DNA of 55,921 nucleotides from a virus (lineage: Duplodnaviria; Heunggongvirae; Uroviricota; Caudoviricetes), in IMG/VR virus record IMGVR_UViG_2541047806_000003, positions 1 through 55,921 of that record. One strand, written 5' to 3'. Each line of letters begins with the position of its first letter. Position 1 is the first letter of the stretch. Below the pieces are notes generated by a model. The model made no database searches. It was not told the origin of the DNA and worked only from the letters and a program-made list of their open reading frames with translations. Positions 18,105 through 27,846 of the stretch are shown piece after piece. The position numbers were made by a program, and so were the translations under genes.

Positions 18105-18491
18105 TTATCTTGATATGATGGTTTGAAAAGCTACGGTAAAAATAAAGCGCCCTTCTCTTGTCTGCATTGCAGGGATAGCGCCAACTGGCTTCATGTGTGT
18201 AATTTTATCAGTTTTATATTCTGTTAACATACTTTGACGGATGGCATCGGCAAGGTCTTCCACTTCACTGATATTTGTATCATTACGCGCTGAAATAACC
18301 AGAATGCGGAAATAATCACGGGTTATTGCTTCTTCACCAGCCGCGCCGCCGTTTTGCTGGATTACGATGTATCTGTCATTATTCGAATTGCTCCGCTCAT
18401 TCCAGAAACGGGCCTGCAAAATATAGCCCTCATCGTATCCGTGGGATTGAATCCAATCCCTTATTTCGTCGTATACTTCGCTGCGCTTCAT
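18105..18491 (-). CDS. Tail terminator / completion protein (U-position)
   Basis: 128 aa, position between head-tail genes and major tail gene. Confidence 0.5.
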   Translation of the reverse strand: MKRSEVYDEIRDWIQSHGYDEGYILQARFWNERSNSNNDRYIVIQQNGGAAGEEAITRDYFRILVISARNDTNISEVEDLADAIRQSMLTEYKTDKITHMKPVGAIPAMQTREGRFIFTVAFQTIISR

Positions 18492-18952
18492 GTTTTGTAA
18501 CCTTCTACAATCTCTTTATAAATATCGTCGGCGTTGTTTGGATCTTCGAATGCCTTGCGCAAGAATTCCGGCTCCGCGTTTGGGTCCCAATATTTACCTT
18601 TGCCAGTACCGCCGCCGAACTCAATTACCTGTTTCGGCCCGAAATCTGAAAGGTTATTTGTTTTCCCGAAATGTTCACGCGGCTGGCCTTTTAATGTGCC
18701 TGGCATATTGTGCACCCATTCAGCGTAACGGGCTGTATATCCCAGCCGTAACTGCATACCCTCCGCCGTGTTACCTATATATTGAAATTGGCTGTTAATT
18801 AAAAAACCCGTATCAACTGGTGTCATGTTTGCCGCGAAGCCACCAGCCAGCATACCGACGCGCCATAAAACTTCGTGCGTCTTTTTATCGGTGATTTCCT
18901 TTAGTTCCTGCTTTAATCTCTCACGGACGCGTTTAACCCCCTTGATAGGCAT
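18488..18952 (-). CDS. HK97 gp10-like tail/neck component
   Basis: 154 aa; VDTGFLINSQF resembles gp10-family motif. Confidence 0.55.
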   Translation of the reverse strand: MPIKGVKRVRERLKQELKEITDKKTHEVLWRVGMLAGGFAANMTPVDTGFLINSQFQYIGNTAEGMQLRLGYTARYAEWVHNMPGTLKGQPREHFGKTNNLSDFGPKQVIEFGGGTGKGKYWDPNAEPEFLRKAFEDPNNADDIYKEIVEGYKT

Positions 18953-18954
18953 GA

Positions 18955-19323
18955 TTAACCCCCTGTCACGATCTTATAATCCGGCGTGTCGTTAAACATG
19001 CTCATATCCCATTCAACGATCCCGGTAATAACGTTGGCCCCAGCCACCAGCGGGTCGGAAATATTAGTGGTGTCGCCAGTGGCAATCATCCAGCCGTTTT
19101 TCGGGCGCTGCACTGGCTGCATATTATGAAGCAGTTCGGTAAATACGGTTATTGTATTGCTAACCTCATTACCGTTTGTGTCTGTTGCAGTGCCGTCGGT
19201 GCGCTCCCATGCGCAGTTAATCAGGTATGGTGCGCCGTATACGTCGGCGTTTGTCCAGTCGTCATGCGTTACGGGGTAGATGGTGGCTAATGCCTTGTAA
19301 CTGAATCGCGCAATCTTACTCAT
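18955..19323 (-). CDS. Head-tail joining / head closure protein
   Basis: 122 aa, assigned by position. Confidence 0.45.
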   Translation of the reverse strand: MSKIARFSYKALATIYPVTHDDWTNADVYGAPYLINCAWERTDGTATDTNGNEVSNTITVFTELLHNMQPVQRPKNGWMIATGDTTNISDPLVAGANVITGIVEWDMSMFNDTPDYKIVTGG

Positions 19324-19507
19324 AGCCGTAACTCCAGCTAATGACCTTTGGATGAGTTTTCGCCACGCGCGGGCAAAGAATTACCCATAAGCCAGCATCA
19401 TTGAGGTAGGCCGCCACCTGGCGTCCGCTATCCGTTTTAACCCACACGCGGGTAAATGGTTTCGGCAATACTGGATTTGGTAATGTCAGGTCGTTCCACA
19501 TTGTCAC
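19316..19507 (-). CDS. Small hypothetical protein in head-tail joining cluster
   Basis: 63 aa ORF coupled to neighbours. Confidence 0.35.
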   Translation of the reverse strand: MTMWNDLTLPNPVLPKPFTRVWVKTDSGRQVAAYLNDAGLWVILCPRVAKTHPKVISWSYGYE

Positions 19508-19890
19508 ATCCTCCTGCTCTTACCAATCCACAGCCCGGCGTGCGCGGTGTTTTCTGGATCTGGTGGAATTAGTTCGGCTGTACAATGGTGTTTGTCCAGT
19601 GAGTAAAGCAACGAATAGGCCGCCTTCCATCGCTTATTAAAATCGACATAGCGGTAAGACTGGCTTGCACCGTTCGGACCAGTCTGCGAGGAAACGTATT
19701 TATCAGCCTGGCTGAGTCCTAACAGGCCAATGAGATAAAGCTGAATCAATGTTGCAGTGGAGGACGGATAATTGGCATCAAGGCATTCATTAACGCTATT
19801 TGCCTGCTCCACCAGCAAAGATAAAACCACGTCTGGTATTTCAATCCCCTGGCTTTCGAGATATTCCCGCGCCTGTTGTGTGGTAACCAT
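19504..19890 (-). CDS. Head-tail connector / DNA packaging protein (gp6 or FI-position)
   Basis: ORF-track start 19926 lies inside a terminator hairpin; start moved to MVTTQQAREY at 19890. Confidence 0.45.
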   Translation of the reverse strand: MVTTQQAREYLESQGIEIPDVVLSLLVEQANSVNECLDANYPSSTATLIQLYLIGLLGLSQADKYVSSQTGPNGASQSYRYVDFNKRWKAAYSLLYSLDKHHCTAELIPPDPENTAHAGLWIGKSRRM

Positions 19891-19908
19891 TTTGTTTTCT
19901 CCACATAC

Positions 19909-19936
19909 AAAAAAAATCCCCGGCATTGCGCCGGGG
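19909..19936 (-). terminator. Terminator/attenuator after major capsid gene
   Basis: Stem CCCCGGC/GCCGGGG followed on minus strand by T-run. Confidence 0.55.
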
Positions 19937-19955
19937 AGCTACAGAAACATATCAA

Positions 19956-21020
19956 TCAGGTATTGCTGCCGTAGACCACTCCTGAACGACCTTCCATGTC
20001 ACGGGTGATTTGCAGACCCTCAGCGGACATGATGCGGAAGTTGTAGTTATCAGTCGGCATCATGCGCGGTAACGGTACAACACCAGTAGTCATACCAACC
20101 AGCGGGGTAATTACGCTACGGCTGCGCTGATAAGCAATGAACTCGTTGCCGGACAATGCATAGCTCTGGCGAATCTCACCAACCGGAGCGAACGGCATAA
20201 TGACGCTCAGCACGCTACCGACTACAGCACCATTAACGATGTGTGGGCGTGCCAGGTTAGCCATGATTTCTGGCGATACCCACATTACATCGTATTTAGC
20301 TACGAAGTTGGCGCGGGCCAGTTTCCCGAACTCACCAGTGGTAAAGAATTCAATAATCTTATCGAAAGCCGCAGTGGTAAGGTCGATTTTAGCGACAGTT
20401 TTCAGTTTAAGTTGCTGGGTGTTTTTGTGGTTTTTAATACCCATTGCTTTATGATCATCAACCACGATGCGATCGTTACCATTCAGGTAGAACTGGACGC
20501 GTGCTTTGTTGAATTTTTTCAGTTTAAGGCGCTGGCTGTCTAATGCAAGGTCGATACCTACAGTATTTAAGCCCTGAGCGAGACGCCAGTTAACACCGTA
20601 ACCAGCCGCGAACATCGGGATCGGGTCGCCATCGCTATCGTATTCGGTGTGATCAAAGCCGTGTGGCGCTTGACCATCCATAGACATCACAACTTCATCA
20701 TTGATGTCACCGGATACGTTGTACATTTTCAGCGTTTTACCGACTGGCAGTACGGTTTGCACACCCATCAGGTCGTTTACGATCTCAATACCGATTTCTT
20801 CGGTGTTCAGTTCGATAATCTGGTTATCGATTTCTTTCCAGAATTCTTTTGCGAAGCCGCCGACGGCGTTACAGGTCAACATTTCAGCGGTCATATTTGC
20901 CTGATTTGCAGCAATCATGGCGTTGTGCTGCTCGTTGAAGATATTGCGTTGCGCCCACAGTTCTTTCCAATGGCCCTGCATACGGGCGTTGGTGGCAAGG
21001 TTTTCTTTTGTAAAGTACAT
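19956..21020 (-). CDS. Major capsid protein
   Basis: 354 aa, follows decoration-protein gene, followed by strong terminator. Confidence 0.8.
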   Translation of the reverse strand: MYFTKENLATNARMQGHWKELWAQRNIFNEQHNAMIAANQANMTAEMLTCNAVGGFAKEFWKEIDNQIIELNTEEIGIEIVNDLMGVQTVLPVGKTLKMYNVSGDINDEVVMSMDGQAPHGFDHTEYDSDGDPIPMFAAGYGVNWRLAQGLNTVGIDLALDSQRLKLKKFNKARVQFYLNGNDRIVVDDHKAMGIKNHKNTQQLKLKTVAKIDLTTAAFDKIIEFFTTGEFGKLARANFVAKYDVMWVSPEIMANLARPHIVNGAVVGSVLSVIMPFAPVGEIRQSYALSGNEFIAYQRSRSVITPLVGMTTGVVPLPRMMPTDNYNFRIMSAEGLQITRDMEGRSGVVYGSNT

Positions 21021-21037
21021 GTTTTTCCCCTTTTAAA

Positions 21038-21466
21038 TTAAGCAACGCGAACGCGGATAAAATCTTCCGCCTCCAGGGTTACGTCTTCCTGGCAGTATGC
21101 GATGATCGGATCTGGCGCTGCCTGTTCACTTGGCGCAACAAACAGTTTCACCCCGTCGGCTGCGAGAGCAATAGCTGCACCCTTAACATAAGCGGCTGCA
21201 GGAACAAGGAGAGCAAACTCTCGGCCCTGTTCCACATAATCAGCAACAACAGTTTCATTTGCAGCGATTGCATCAGTAATGGTTTTGCCTTCGTGGAATG
21301 CCGGGTTGACGATGTACAACTGAGCTGCACCGACATCAGCACTGGTTGCTTTTGCAAACTTACCTCCGTCCAGTTTTACCAGTTCACCTGGTTTTACTGC
21401 GACCTTAGCAGTGTAGGTTTCGGTAATGGATTTACCATCAATATTTACACGACGAAAACGAGACAT
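21038..21466 (-). CDS. Head decoration protein (lambda D-like)
   Basis: 142 aa Ala/Val-rich protein immediately upstream of capsid gene. Confidence 0.7.
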   Translation of the reverse strand: MSRFRRVNIDGKSITETYTAKVAVKPGELVKLDGGKFAKATSADVGAAQLYIVNPAFHEGKTITDAIAANETVVADYVEQGREFALLVPAAAYVKGAAIALAADGVKLFVAPSEQAAPDPIIAYCQEDVTLEAEDFIRVRVA

Positions 21467-21480
21467 TGTATTCCCTCCAG

Positions 21481-22785
21481 TTAGAAATAAGTGTTAAAGT
21501 CAGGGACTTCGCCTTTTTTGTCTTCACTTGCTGTGTTGGCGGCTAGCGGAGTTGCTTTACCCAGGGATTTAAACATTGCCTCTAATGCTTCACCGCTTAA
21601 TGCGTTAGCAACAATTTCGCCGTGAACTTTTGCTACTGCGGCGCGTTTTTCTGCTACTTCTTTATTTGCGTTTGCTGCAATTTCTTCTTTAATTGCTTTC
21701 TGGTTGGTCTGTAATTCTTCTTGGTTGGTCTGCAATTCTTCTACGCTTGCCTGTACTGGTTTTAATGCCTCTGCTACTGCATTAGCGATATTGGCGGCTA
21801 AGCCTTCGTTAATTTCTTTTACCAGTTCGGCGCGTTCTTCTTTTGTCAAAGGCATGGGATCGTCCTCCGATTTATTGGCCTTAATTTTTTCATTCAGGGA
21901 GAAAAGATTAGACAGGTGTTCAGCGAACTGAGCGAACCATGATTTACTTTCCTCATTGGTTGCAAGTTCGCCATTATTGAGAATAATTTTATCAGCCTGT
22001 TTTTCATATGCGCAAACTTGAGCACTTTCGGTATTAGTGGCAATCGTCACTTCTTTATCAGTGAAGTCCACAACATACACGTAATCGGCATCAGGAAATA
22101 ATTCACGCGCCGCGTCGGTTAATTGTTTCTCAAGCGTACGGTAACTGTTTTCTTTCATTGCCACCGCCATTAACGGTTTCGCCTGGTCAGTATTAACCAT
22201 CAACCCTACACCCTGTTCAGGTGATGCGGCTGGCGGCTCATGCAGCAAAATAGCGTCATGGTCGATCGACATAATTTTTACTACATGGTCAGCGCCCTGG
22301 GCTTTCATCTCTTCAGTAGCTGGCATACGCTGACGATATACAGCGACGGACGACCAGATAGGATCTTTGCTTTCTCCTTTCTCCAGTGCTTCCAGTCGGG
22401 TTAATAATTCGCGCCCCTGTTCTGAATGGCTGGCTGTTTCAATATCCACCCATTTTTCCACATAAACACGATTGCCGCGTAATTCAACGTTTCTGTTCCA
22501 CGCTCCACAAAACCCGGTGTTCAATCCTTCCGGGCTAAATGCGGAAACAAATTTACCGTCAACGGTAGGATGGCCTAACGGTGCAAGCGTCCCCTCCAGT
22601 GACTGGTAATTAGCGATAATTTCAGCTTCTGGGTAATACTCACGATTCATAACGATATTGAATGGCAGCGTATATGATGGCACAACAATGTGCTCGCGTC
22701 CGTTATAAGTTTCCCGGCGTATGGTATTAGCGGTTAATTTGGTATTAACCTGAATCAATTCTTTACTCACGGTTTTTACTCCCAA
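21481..22785 (-). CDS. Prohead protease / scaffolding protein (fusion type)
   Basis: 434 aa, C-terminal coiled coil with EELQTNQEELQTNQ repeat; position between head morphogenesis and decoration genes. Confidence 0.5.
   Translation of the reverse strand: MGVKTVSKELIQVNTKLTANTIRRETYNGREHIVVPSYTLPFNIVMNREYYPEAEIIANYQSLEGTLAPLGHPTVDGKFVSAFSPEGLNTGFCGAWNRNVELRGNRVYVEKWVDIETASHSEQGRELLTRLEALEKGESKDPIWSSVAVYRQRMPATEEMKAQGADHVVKIMSIDHDAILLHEPPAASPEQGVGLMVNTDQAKPLMAVAMKENSYRTLEKQLTDAARELFPDADYVYVVDFTDKEVTIATNTESAQVCAYEKQADKIILNNGELATNEESKSWFAQFAEHLSNLFSLNEKIKANKSEDDPMPLTKEERAELVKEINEGLAANIANAVAEALKPVQASVEELQTNQEELQTNQKAIKEEIAANANKEVAEKRAAVAKVHGEIVANALSGEALEAMFKSLGKATPLAANTASEDKKGEVPDFNTYF
21700..21741. 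repeat. 21-bp tandem direct repeat (2 copies) inside scaffold gene
   Basis: CTGGTTGGTCTGTAATTCTTC / TTGGTTGGTCTGCAATTCTTC. Confidence 0.6.
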
Positions 22786-23720
22786 TCTTCGCCATATTTA
22801 GCGTGCGCAACTTTATAGTTTTCTTGCGCCCGATCTAATATTCTTCCGTTTAATATGTTACCGTCTTCGTCAACTAATACGGTAATCGTGCTACATTTGC
22901 AGTTAATAGAATTTGGGGATCTGCTCCACCATTCGCGCTGCTCATCTATGGTGTATGTTTTTCCGTGCCGCTGCGCGTGCGATAGCCTGGTGGTCGGTGA
23001 TAACGCCGAAATGTGCATTTGCATAGTGCGCAGATTAAATTCTTCTGTCGCAGCTTCTGCCTCATCCATACGCGCTGTGCGTAACGCTGTGCATATTTCA
23101 GTTCGGGCAATACGTTTACACCTGAATAGCGGTAATTGCGTCTCCTGATTCAATGTGCGCGCTATTTCCAGTGGGTTTAAACCACGGGCCATGCCTTCAG
23201 TTAGTCGGCGGGCCATATCCTTTTTGATCTGTGCTGTCAGCCCGCGCATTTCCTCAAATACACGGGTACGGACCAGGGCAAGGCGCGTGCGGTAGGTTGT
23301 GCTTGATAGTACGGCAGATACATCGGGATAAACGCTTGAGTACGTGACAGACTGGTTAGCAAGGTTGGCGTATTCCTGTGCCGTGCCTCGCTGATACGCG
23401 ACCTTCACGTATTCCTGCCAGAACCAAAAACTTTCCGGGTCGGTTAGCTCGAATATCTCATCAATCATGTCGCTGGCGTCCTCCAGCATGTCGTGAAATT
23501 CATCCATGTAAATCTGAAAGGTGTATTTCTTATTAACAGCCAGGCTATATTGGATTCTGTCCAATATGGCGATATATGGATCGGCTACTTTTTTCAGGCA
23601 GGATTTGAAACGCTTAATAGCACCAGACCTTAACTTCCCTGTCATGGTCGGGTCTTCGGTGTTAGATGGCATTATCGCGGCTGGAGGTATTCGCCTGATT
23701 ATCTTCTTCACATTCATCAT
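22776..23720 (-). CDS. Head morphogenesis / minor capsid protein (Mu F / SPP1 gp7-like)
   Basis: 314 aa, position directly after portal gene. Confidence 0.6.
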   Translation of the reverse strand: MMNVKKIIRRIPPAAIMPSNTEDPTMTGKLRSGAIKRFKSCLKKVADPYIAILDRIQYSLAVNKKYTFQIYMDEFHDMLEDASDMIDEIFELTDPESFWFWQEYVKVAYQRGTAQEYANLANQSVTYSSVYPDVSAVLSSTTYRTRLALVRTRVFEEMRGLTAQIKKDMARRLTEGMARGLNPLEIARTLNQETQLPLFRCKRIARTEICTALRTARMDEAEAATEEFNLRTMQMHISALSPTTRLSHAQRHGKTYTIDEQREWWSRSPNSINCKCSTITVLVDEDGNILNGRILDRAQENYKVAHAKYGEDWE

Positions 23721-25032
23721 CGTTTTCCTCTTCCAGTTCTACCTCACTAGCCGGGCCATCGTATCCGGCAGCTTCGCGGATCTCGTCACCGCTGAATATT
23801 TCCTCACCAGTAGCGAGACATGCCTGATTGATTTGTGCCATTTTGTATGCCGCGTCGAGTAGCTCTGCTTTTGTCATGGCGTTAAGGTCGTCCCACAGTA
23901 CAGATACGTCTACTGGCATACTGATAAGGCGGAGATCTGCCATCTTGCGGAATAGCTCCTCAAGCTCACCTCCTATTTCCTCACGGCGGGTCATGCAGCG
24001 GTTATTGAAGTAGCGGAGGTCTTCGGTTGATGCGCGCTCGCCCTGCTGATTCCCAACCAGGATACGCGTTGGAATATCGATACCAGCGGCTGCGGTTTGC
24101 AGGTTGACGTCATAGGTAGCGGAAGGATCTGCTACGGCAGTAACCAGCGGGCTAACGGTAGCTCCCTGTAATGCCATCATCACATCATTACCTTTATTTA
24201 TATCCTCTGCCGCTTCATTGAATTTTTCGCGTAGCTCTGTAACGTCGCAACCGTATGTTGCAGCCAGAGAACGGAAATCAATTTCTTTATCGAACGAGAT
24301 AGCCAGTTGACGTGCTGCGTTTTTCAGGAATGATTCACCGCTGCCGCCTTCCACTTTCTCCAGTGAAACGAATGCGTTATAGGACGGTTCAAGGAAAGCG
24401 ATGGCATCATCAGAATAATCACCGAAGATAAATATGCGATCTGGATGTATCTTTCTTGCTATGGTCTTACTGTTAATGCGCTCCTTGTATTCCCACCATG
24501 TAGGCAGGCCATAGTTTTCTTTATCCGGGTTTTCTTCGAAGTCCTTCGGTGTAAGAGCACCAGCCCATACGGGGGTAAATTTGGCAATGCCTACGCCTTT
24601 TGTTACTGGCTGATCCCACGGCTTGTTATCCCTGACGTGAATTAACAGTCCAGCATAACGACCGATGAGGCGGCGGCGATCGCATTCAGCAATTACGCGC
24701 CAGAATCTATTGTCGAATCGTTTTTTGATTTCTCTTTCCCACGAAGTTTCCTTTTCCGCTTTCTCGTCTTCCGTACCTTCAATCAGCGTTGGCCTGGTGC
24801 GCCAGCACGTAGTAATGATCTTCTCAATAGCACCGTGAGCGATACCACCGCGACGATACAGTTTGTATAAATCGGCATAGGTGATTTCTTCTTTGAATCC
24901 GTATTCACTCCACGCAGCATCACGTTTTGCATCAATACCCATTGAGAATGGGTTAGCGGCTGCATAGCGGGCAAAGGCCGCCTGGCGTTGTGACAAGGCA
25001 GCATTAACCGCCAATTCTAAATTGGATGGCAT
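23662..25032 (-). CDS. Portal protein
   Basis: 456 aa from ATG 25032 (SD AGGAG), acidic C-terminus, follows terminase large subunit. Confidence 0.75.
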   Translation of the reverse strand: MPSNLELAVNAALSQRQAAFARYAAANPFSMGIDAKRDAAWSEYGFKEEITYADLYKLYRRGGIAHGAIEKIITTCWRTRPTLIEGTEDEKAEKETSWEREIKKRFDNRFWRVIAECDRRRLIGRYAGLLIHVRDNKPWDQPVTKGVGIAKFTPVWAGALTPKDFEENPDKENYGLPTWWEYKERINSKTIARKIHPDRIFIFGDYSDDAIAFLEPSYNAFVSLEKVEGGSGESFLKNAARQLAISFDKEIDFRSLAATYGCDVTELREKFNEAAEDINKGNDVMMALQGATVSPLVTAVADPSATYDVNLQTAAAGIDIPTRILVGNQQGERASTEDLRYFNNRCMTRREEIGGELEELFRKMADLRLISMPVDVSVLWDDLNAMTKAELLDAAYKMAQINQACLATGEEIFSGDEIREAAGYDGPASEVELEEENDDECEEDNQANTSSRDNAI

Positions 25033-25054
25033 AATGTTTACTCCTGAATACATG

Positions 25055-25080
25055 TTTACGCGTTGCTACGCGAAAAATAT
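25055..25080. repeat. Conserved 26-bp element TTTACGCGTTGCTACGCGAAAAATAT (copy 2, upstream of portal gene)
   Basis: 24/26 identical to 12706-12731. Confidence 0.35.
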
Positions 25081-25180
25081 AAAAACTTGCGGGGGATTGT
25101 GAGGCAGATTTTATGTAGCCAATTGAGAATTATTCTTGTTCATCTTCGGAAATTTTTCGAAGTTGATAATAATCAATAAC

Positions 25181-26695
25181 TTAAAATCCGCGCAGGCGCT
25201 TAGGTAACATAAGGCCCATCGCCTGTGGTTGGCTTAATTCGGTGATACCCCATACCATAGCGTCCATACGGTCAGGGGATTTTTTAGCGGTGGCTGGCAC
25301 GTATTCCATCATTTGATTTTCCAGCGTGTACAACTCACCAGTGTGGGCCACCCTTCCCTGTGCATATAGCGCAGATATTGGTTCGGCACGGGCGAATTTA
25401 CCTTTGCTTGCGTGTACCTTAACAATGCGGCCTTTGAATCCGGCATTACGTAGTGTGGCCTCTGCCATATCACCACCCTGGTTGGTTTCGATAACCATCG
25501 CGTCAGCTTCATGGATGTTGTAGGCGTTCATTGCTGCTTGCGCCCAGTCGTTAGGTGACATGCGGCCTGAGTAGTCACCGTCTACAGAATACTGAGCGTA
25601 CTTGCCGCCACCATAAGCGGAACATGCCACGATCCCGGTTTCGTCCGACTCATCAGATGATGTTGTTGCCGGGTCGATGGCTATCACCGTGCGAATTTTC
25701 TCCTGCGTTATCTGCATCCTGTGCGCGGCGGTTATCATCGCTTCAGTCCACAATGCGCCCTCTTGATCGAACTTGCGCGGACACTGCATATATTGAGCTT
25801 CGAATGTTCGGCGATGTGATTTAAGAGTTGATTCATCTTTATCACTATGCTTATGCAACCATAGCCAGCCATCCGGCAGGTTGTGAGGAACAGGAATAGC
25901 GAATTTGTTTTCCGGGTACAGATCCCAATAGTCAAGACTGTTGTCGATCTTCACTGGCAGGCAAAGGTGATGCCATTTCTCACCACTACCGCCACGTAAC
26001 AGGTAGCCGGATAAATCATCGTAGTGGATACGCTGCATGATGACGATCACTGGCGTTGTTTGCACAGCCAGGCGCGAAGAAAGCGTGTCGTTGTAATTGG
26101 TATTAACCTGCTTTCGCACCACATCAGAATAAGCGTCAGCTGGTTTCAGGGGGTCATCAATAATCATTGCGCCGTTAAACCCAGGTTCCATGTACCCGGC
26201 GCGGAACCCTGTCACCTGTCCAAGCGATGACGTCGCATACACGCCGCCACCCTGAGTGGTCCACCACAGGTTTTTCGCGTTCGAATCGTTGCGCATTTGC
26301 ATAGGCCACAATTCCTGATATTGCGGCATCGTGATTATGTTTCTTGTCTCTGAGGAATTAAGCAAGGCGAGTCCGTGTGAATACGATACATGCAGGAATC
26401 TGGTGCGGGGTTCTATTGCGAGGCAGCGGGCCATCATGTGAATTGTGGCAATCATTGTTTTGCCATAGCCCGGTGGGATGTTGATTATCAACCTGGTGAT
26501 TTCACCATTAATAACTCGTTGTAGCGTATCGGCAATTATTCTGTGATGACGCCCAACCAAAAAGTCATTGCCAACCTGTTGCTTATAAAAGTAGGAACTA
26601 AAAAACAAAGGTGCTGATATGTCTTTGGGAGCACAACCTTTAACACACAACCACCTTAGAACCTCTCTGTCAATCTTTGTCGTCGCAGTCTCCAT
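25181..26695 (-). CDS. Terminase large subunit
   Basis: 504 aa; Walker A-like PPGYGKT; nuclease-like acidic motif AIDPATTSSDESDETG; start uncertain. Confidence 0.85.
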   Translation of the reverse strand: METATTKIDREVLRWLCVKGCAPKDISAPLFFSSYFYKQQVGNDFLVGRHHRIIADTLQRVINGEITRLIINIPPGYGKTMIATIHMMARCLAIEPRTRFLHVSYSHGLALLNSSETRNIITMPQYQELWPMQMRNDSNAKNLWWTTQGGGVYATSSLGQVTGFRAGYMEPGFNGAMIIDDPLKPADAYSDVVRKQVNTNYNDTLSSRLAVQTTPVIVIMQRIHYDDLSGYLLRGGSGEKWHHLCLPVKIDNSLDYWDLYPENKFAIPVPHNLPDGWLWLHKHSDKDESTLKSHRRTFEAQYMQCPRKFDQEGALWTEAMITAAHRMQITQEKIRTVIAIDPATTSSDESDETGIVACSAYGGGKYAQYSVDGDYSGRMSPNDWAQAAMNAYNIHEADAMVIETNQGGDMAEATLRNAGFKGRIVKVHASKGKFARAEPISALYAQGRVAHTGELYTLENQMMEYVPATAKKSPDRMDAMVWGITELSQPQAMGLMLPKRLRGF

Positions 26696-27185
26696 GAGTA
26701 TTGTACTCCTTATTCAGGTTATCGATTATCTCAAGGACAGTAGTCTGATTTACTTCTACCTGGACGGGTGCTTCTTCCTTGTTACCGACGATCTCCTGTG
26801 TGACGCGTTCGCCGTATTTGCGCGGCTGGAGTTTTGCCAGTAGCCACTTGCGTGTCTCAATCATCAGTTGATGGCGGCGCAATTGGTCCTTATCTGCGTT
26901 CTCTGCGGCATCAGCCAGATCGATGATTTCATCAGCCAACACCTCGAAGCCGATCTCCTTCGCGCGCGCGTACATGATCGAGAATTCCGGTACATCCCTA
27001 AACCATTTCAGAATTGTGGAACGGGTAGGCATACCAGGCATTTTAGATATTTTGTTAATGCTCTGACCGTCCGCCACCAGTTCGCAGATCTCTAACGCTT
27101 TTTCTTCTGTATAACCATGCGGACGGCCCACCCTTTTTGCGGCTGGCTTTTTATCGTCAGCATTTGCCTTTTTAGTGCGGGCCAT
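26670..27185 (-). CDS. Terminase small subunit
   Basis: 171 aa, HTH-like N-terminal region, immediately upstream of large subunit. Confidence 0.65.
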   Translation of the reverse strand: MARTKKANADDKKPAAKRVGRPHGYTEEKALEICELVADGQSINKISKMPGMPTRSTILKWFRDVPEFSIMYARAKEIGFEVLADEIIDLADAAENADKDQLRRHQLMIETRKWLLAKLQPRKYGERVTQEIVGNKEEAPVQVEVNQTTVLEIIDNLNKEYNTHGDCDDKD

Positions 27186-27195
27186 AATTCACCTC

Positions 27196-27279
27196 TCAAT
27201 ATTTATTGATGATATATACGCAAGCTACAAAACTTGCGCAGTATGTTAAAACTTCCAACCAGTCGAACAGCTCTTTCAT
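27196..27279 (-). CDS. Mini-ORF P10, MKELFDWLEVLTYCASFVACVYIINKY
   Basis: 27 aa, SD AAGGTAA; ends 10 nt before TerS start. Confidence 0.3.
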   Translation of the reverse strand: MKELFDWLEVLTYCASFVACVYIINKY

Positions 27280-27349
27280 TGTTTACCTTTATGCGAAGAA
27301 AACGATAACGACTAACAACGTGCATATAGCCATAATTAAGAAGTCACTG

Positions 27350-27424
27350 TCAGACATTGATAATCACCCCAATAATAACTAATGCAACGGTACACACGAT
27401 CAACATAATATCAATAGCGTTCAT
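27350..27424 (-). CDS. Mini-ORF P8, MNAIDIMLIVCTVALVIIGVIINV
   Basis: 24 aa, SD AGGTGA. Confidence 0.3.
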   Translation of the reverse strand: MNAIDIMLIVCTVALVIIGVIINV

Positions 27425-27432
27425 GCTTTCAC

Positions 27433-27501
27433 CTATTGAGCAAGCGCGGTCATAGTGAGAACAATCGCAACGATCAGGAAAAAGAAATCAAGCCATTTCA
27501 T
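27433..27501 (-). CDS. Mini-ORF P7, MKWLDFFFLIVAIVLTMTALAQ
   Basis: 22 aa, ATG overlaps stop of P6 (ATGA), SD GGGAG. Confidence 0.3.
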   Translation of the reverse strand: MKWLDFFFLIVAIVLTMTALAQ

Positions 27502-27578
27502 TTTTTAAACTCCCGATAAACATCTACGGCAATAACTGTAATAACAGCCACCAGCAATAGCATTTCGTATGCGTTCAT
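27498..27578 (-). CDS. Mini-ORF P6, MNAYEMLLLVAVITVIAVDVYREFKK
   Basis: 26 aa; alternative frame within 3' part of P5 ORF. Confidence 0.3.
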   Translation of the reverse strand: MNAYEMLLLVAVITVIAVDVYREFKK

Positions 27579-27672
27579 TGACACTACCTATAACCAGACC
27601 AATGATGATAATTACGGCTACTACGCAAAACATCATCCCGCACATAATCGCCAGTAATTCGAATATATCCAT
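27505..27672 (-). CDS. Mini-ORF P5, MDIFELLAIMCGMMFCVVAVIIIIGLVIG... (55 aa)
   Basis: SD AGGTGA; longer than siblings, may be a fused or degenerate copy. Confidence 0.25.
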   Translation of the reverse strand: MDIFELLAIMCGMMFCVVAVIIIIGLVIGSVNERIRNAIAGGCYYSYCRRCLSGV

Positions 27673-27680
27673 GCCGTCAC

Positions 27681-27755
27681 CTATACAACATTCTTCCACC
27701 AGAAACAGATAATGACGGCGACCAACGACCACCAGATGAGATCGTAAATATTCAT
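27681..27755 (-). CDS. Mini-ORF P4, MNIYDLIWWSLVAVIICFWWKNVV
   Basis: 24 aa, SD GAAGGT. Confidence 0.3.
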   Translation of the reverse strand: MNIYDLIWWSLVAVIICFWWKNVV

Positions 27756-27766
27756 GGTGAATACCT

Positions 27767-27841
27767 TCAGCTTTCAATGAGTATCATGATCGCCAGCCAT
27801 ACAGCGACGCAGACAGAAAGGATAATTAGCGGGTCAATCAT
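27767..27841 (-). CDS. Mini-ORF P3, MIDPLIILSVCVAVWLAIMILIES
   Basis: 24 aa, SD GGTGGGGTGA inside 3' end of P2. Confidence 0.3.
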   Translation of the reverse strand: MIDPLIILSVCVAVWLAIMILIES

Positions 27842-27846
27842 ATTTT

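Noticed and set aside
19891-19926. Upstream start (MPGIFFV) for the head-tail connector gene
   Set aside because: Those codons are the translation of the capsid-gene terminator hairpin; the downstream ATG at 19890 was used.
27505-27777. ORF-track 90 aa minus-strand ORF spanning the mini-gene region
   Set aside because: Its N-terminal third is the out-of-frame read-through of mini-ORF P4 and has no start context; only the part from MDIFELL (27672) has an SD, so it was split into mini-ORFs.
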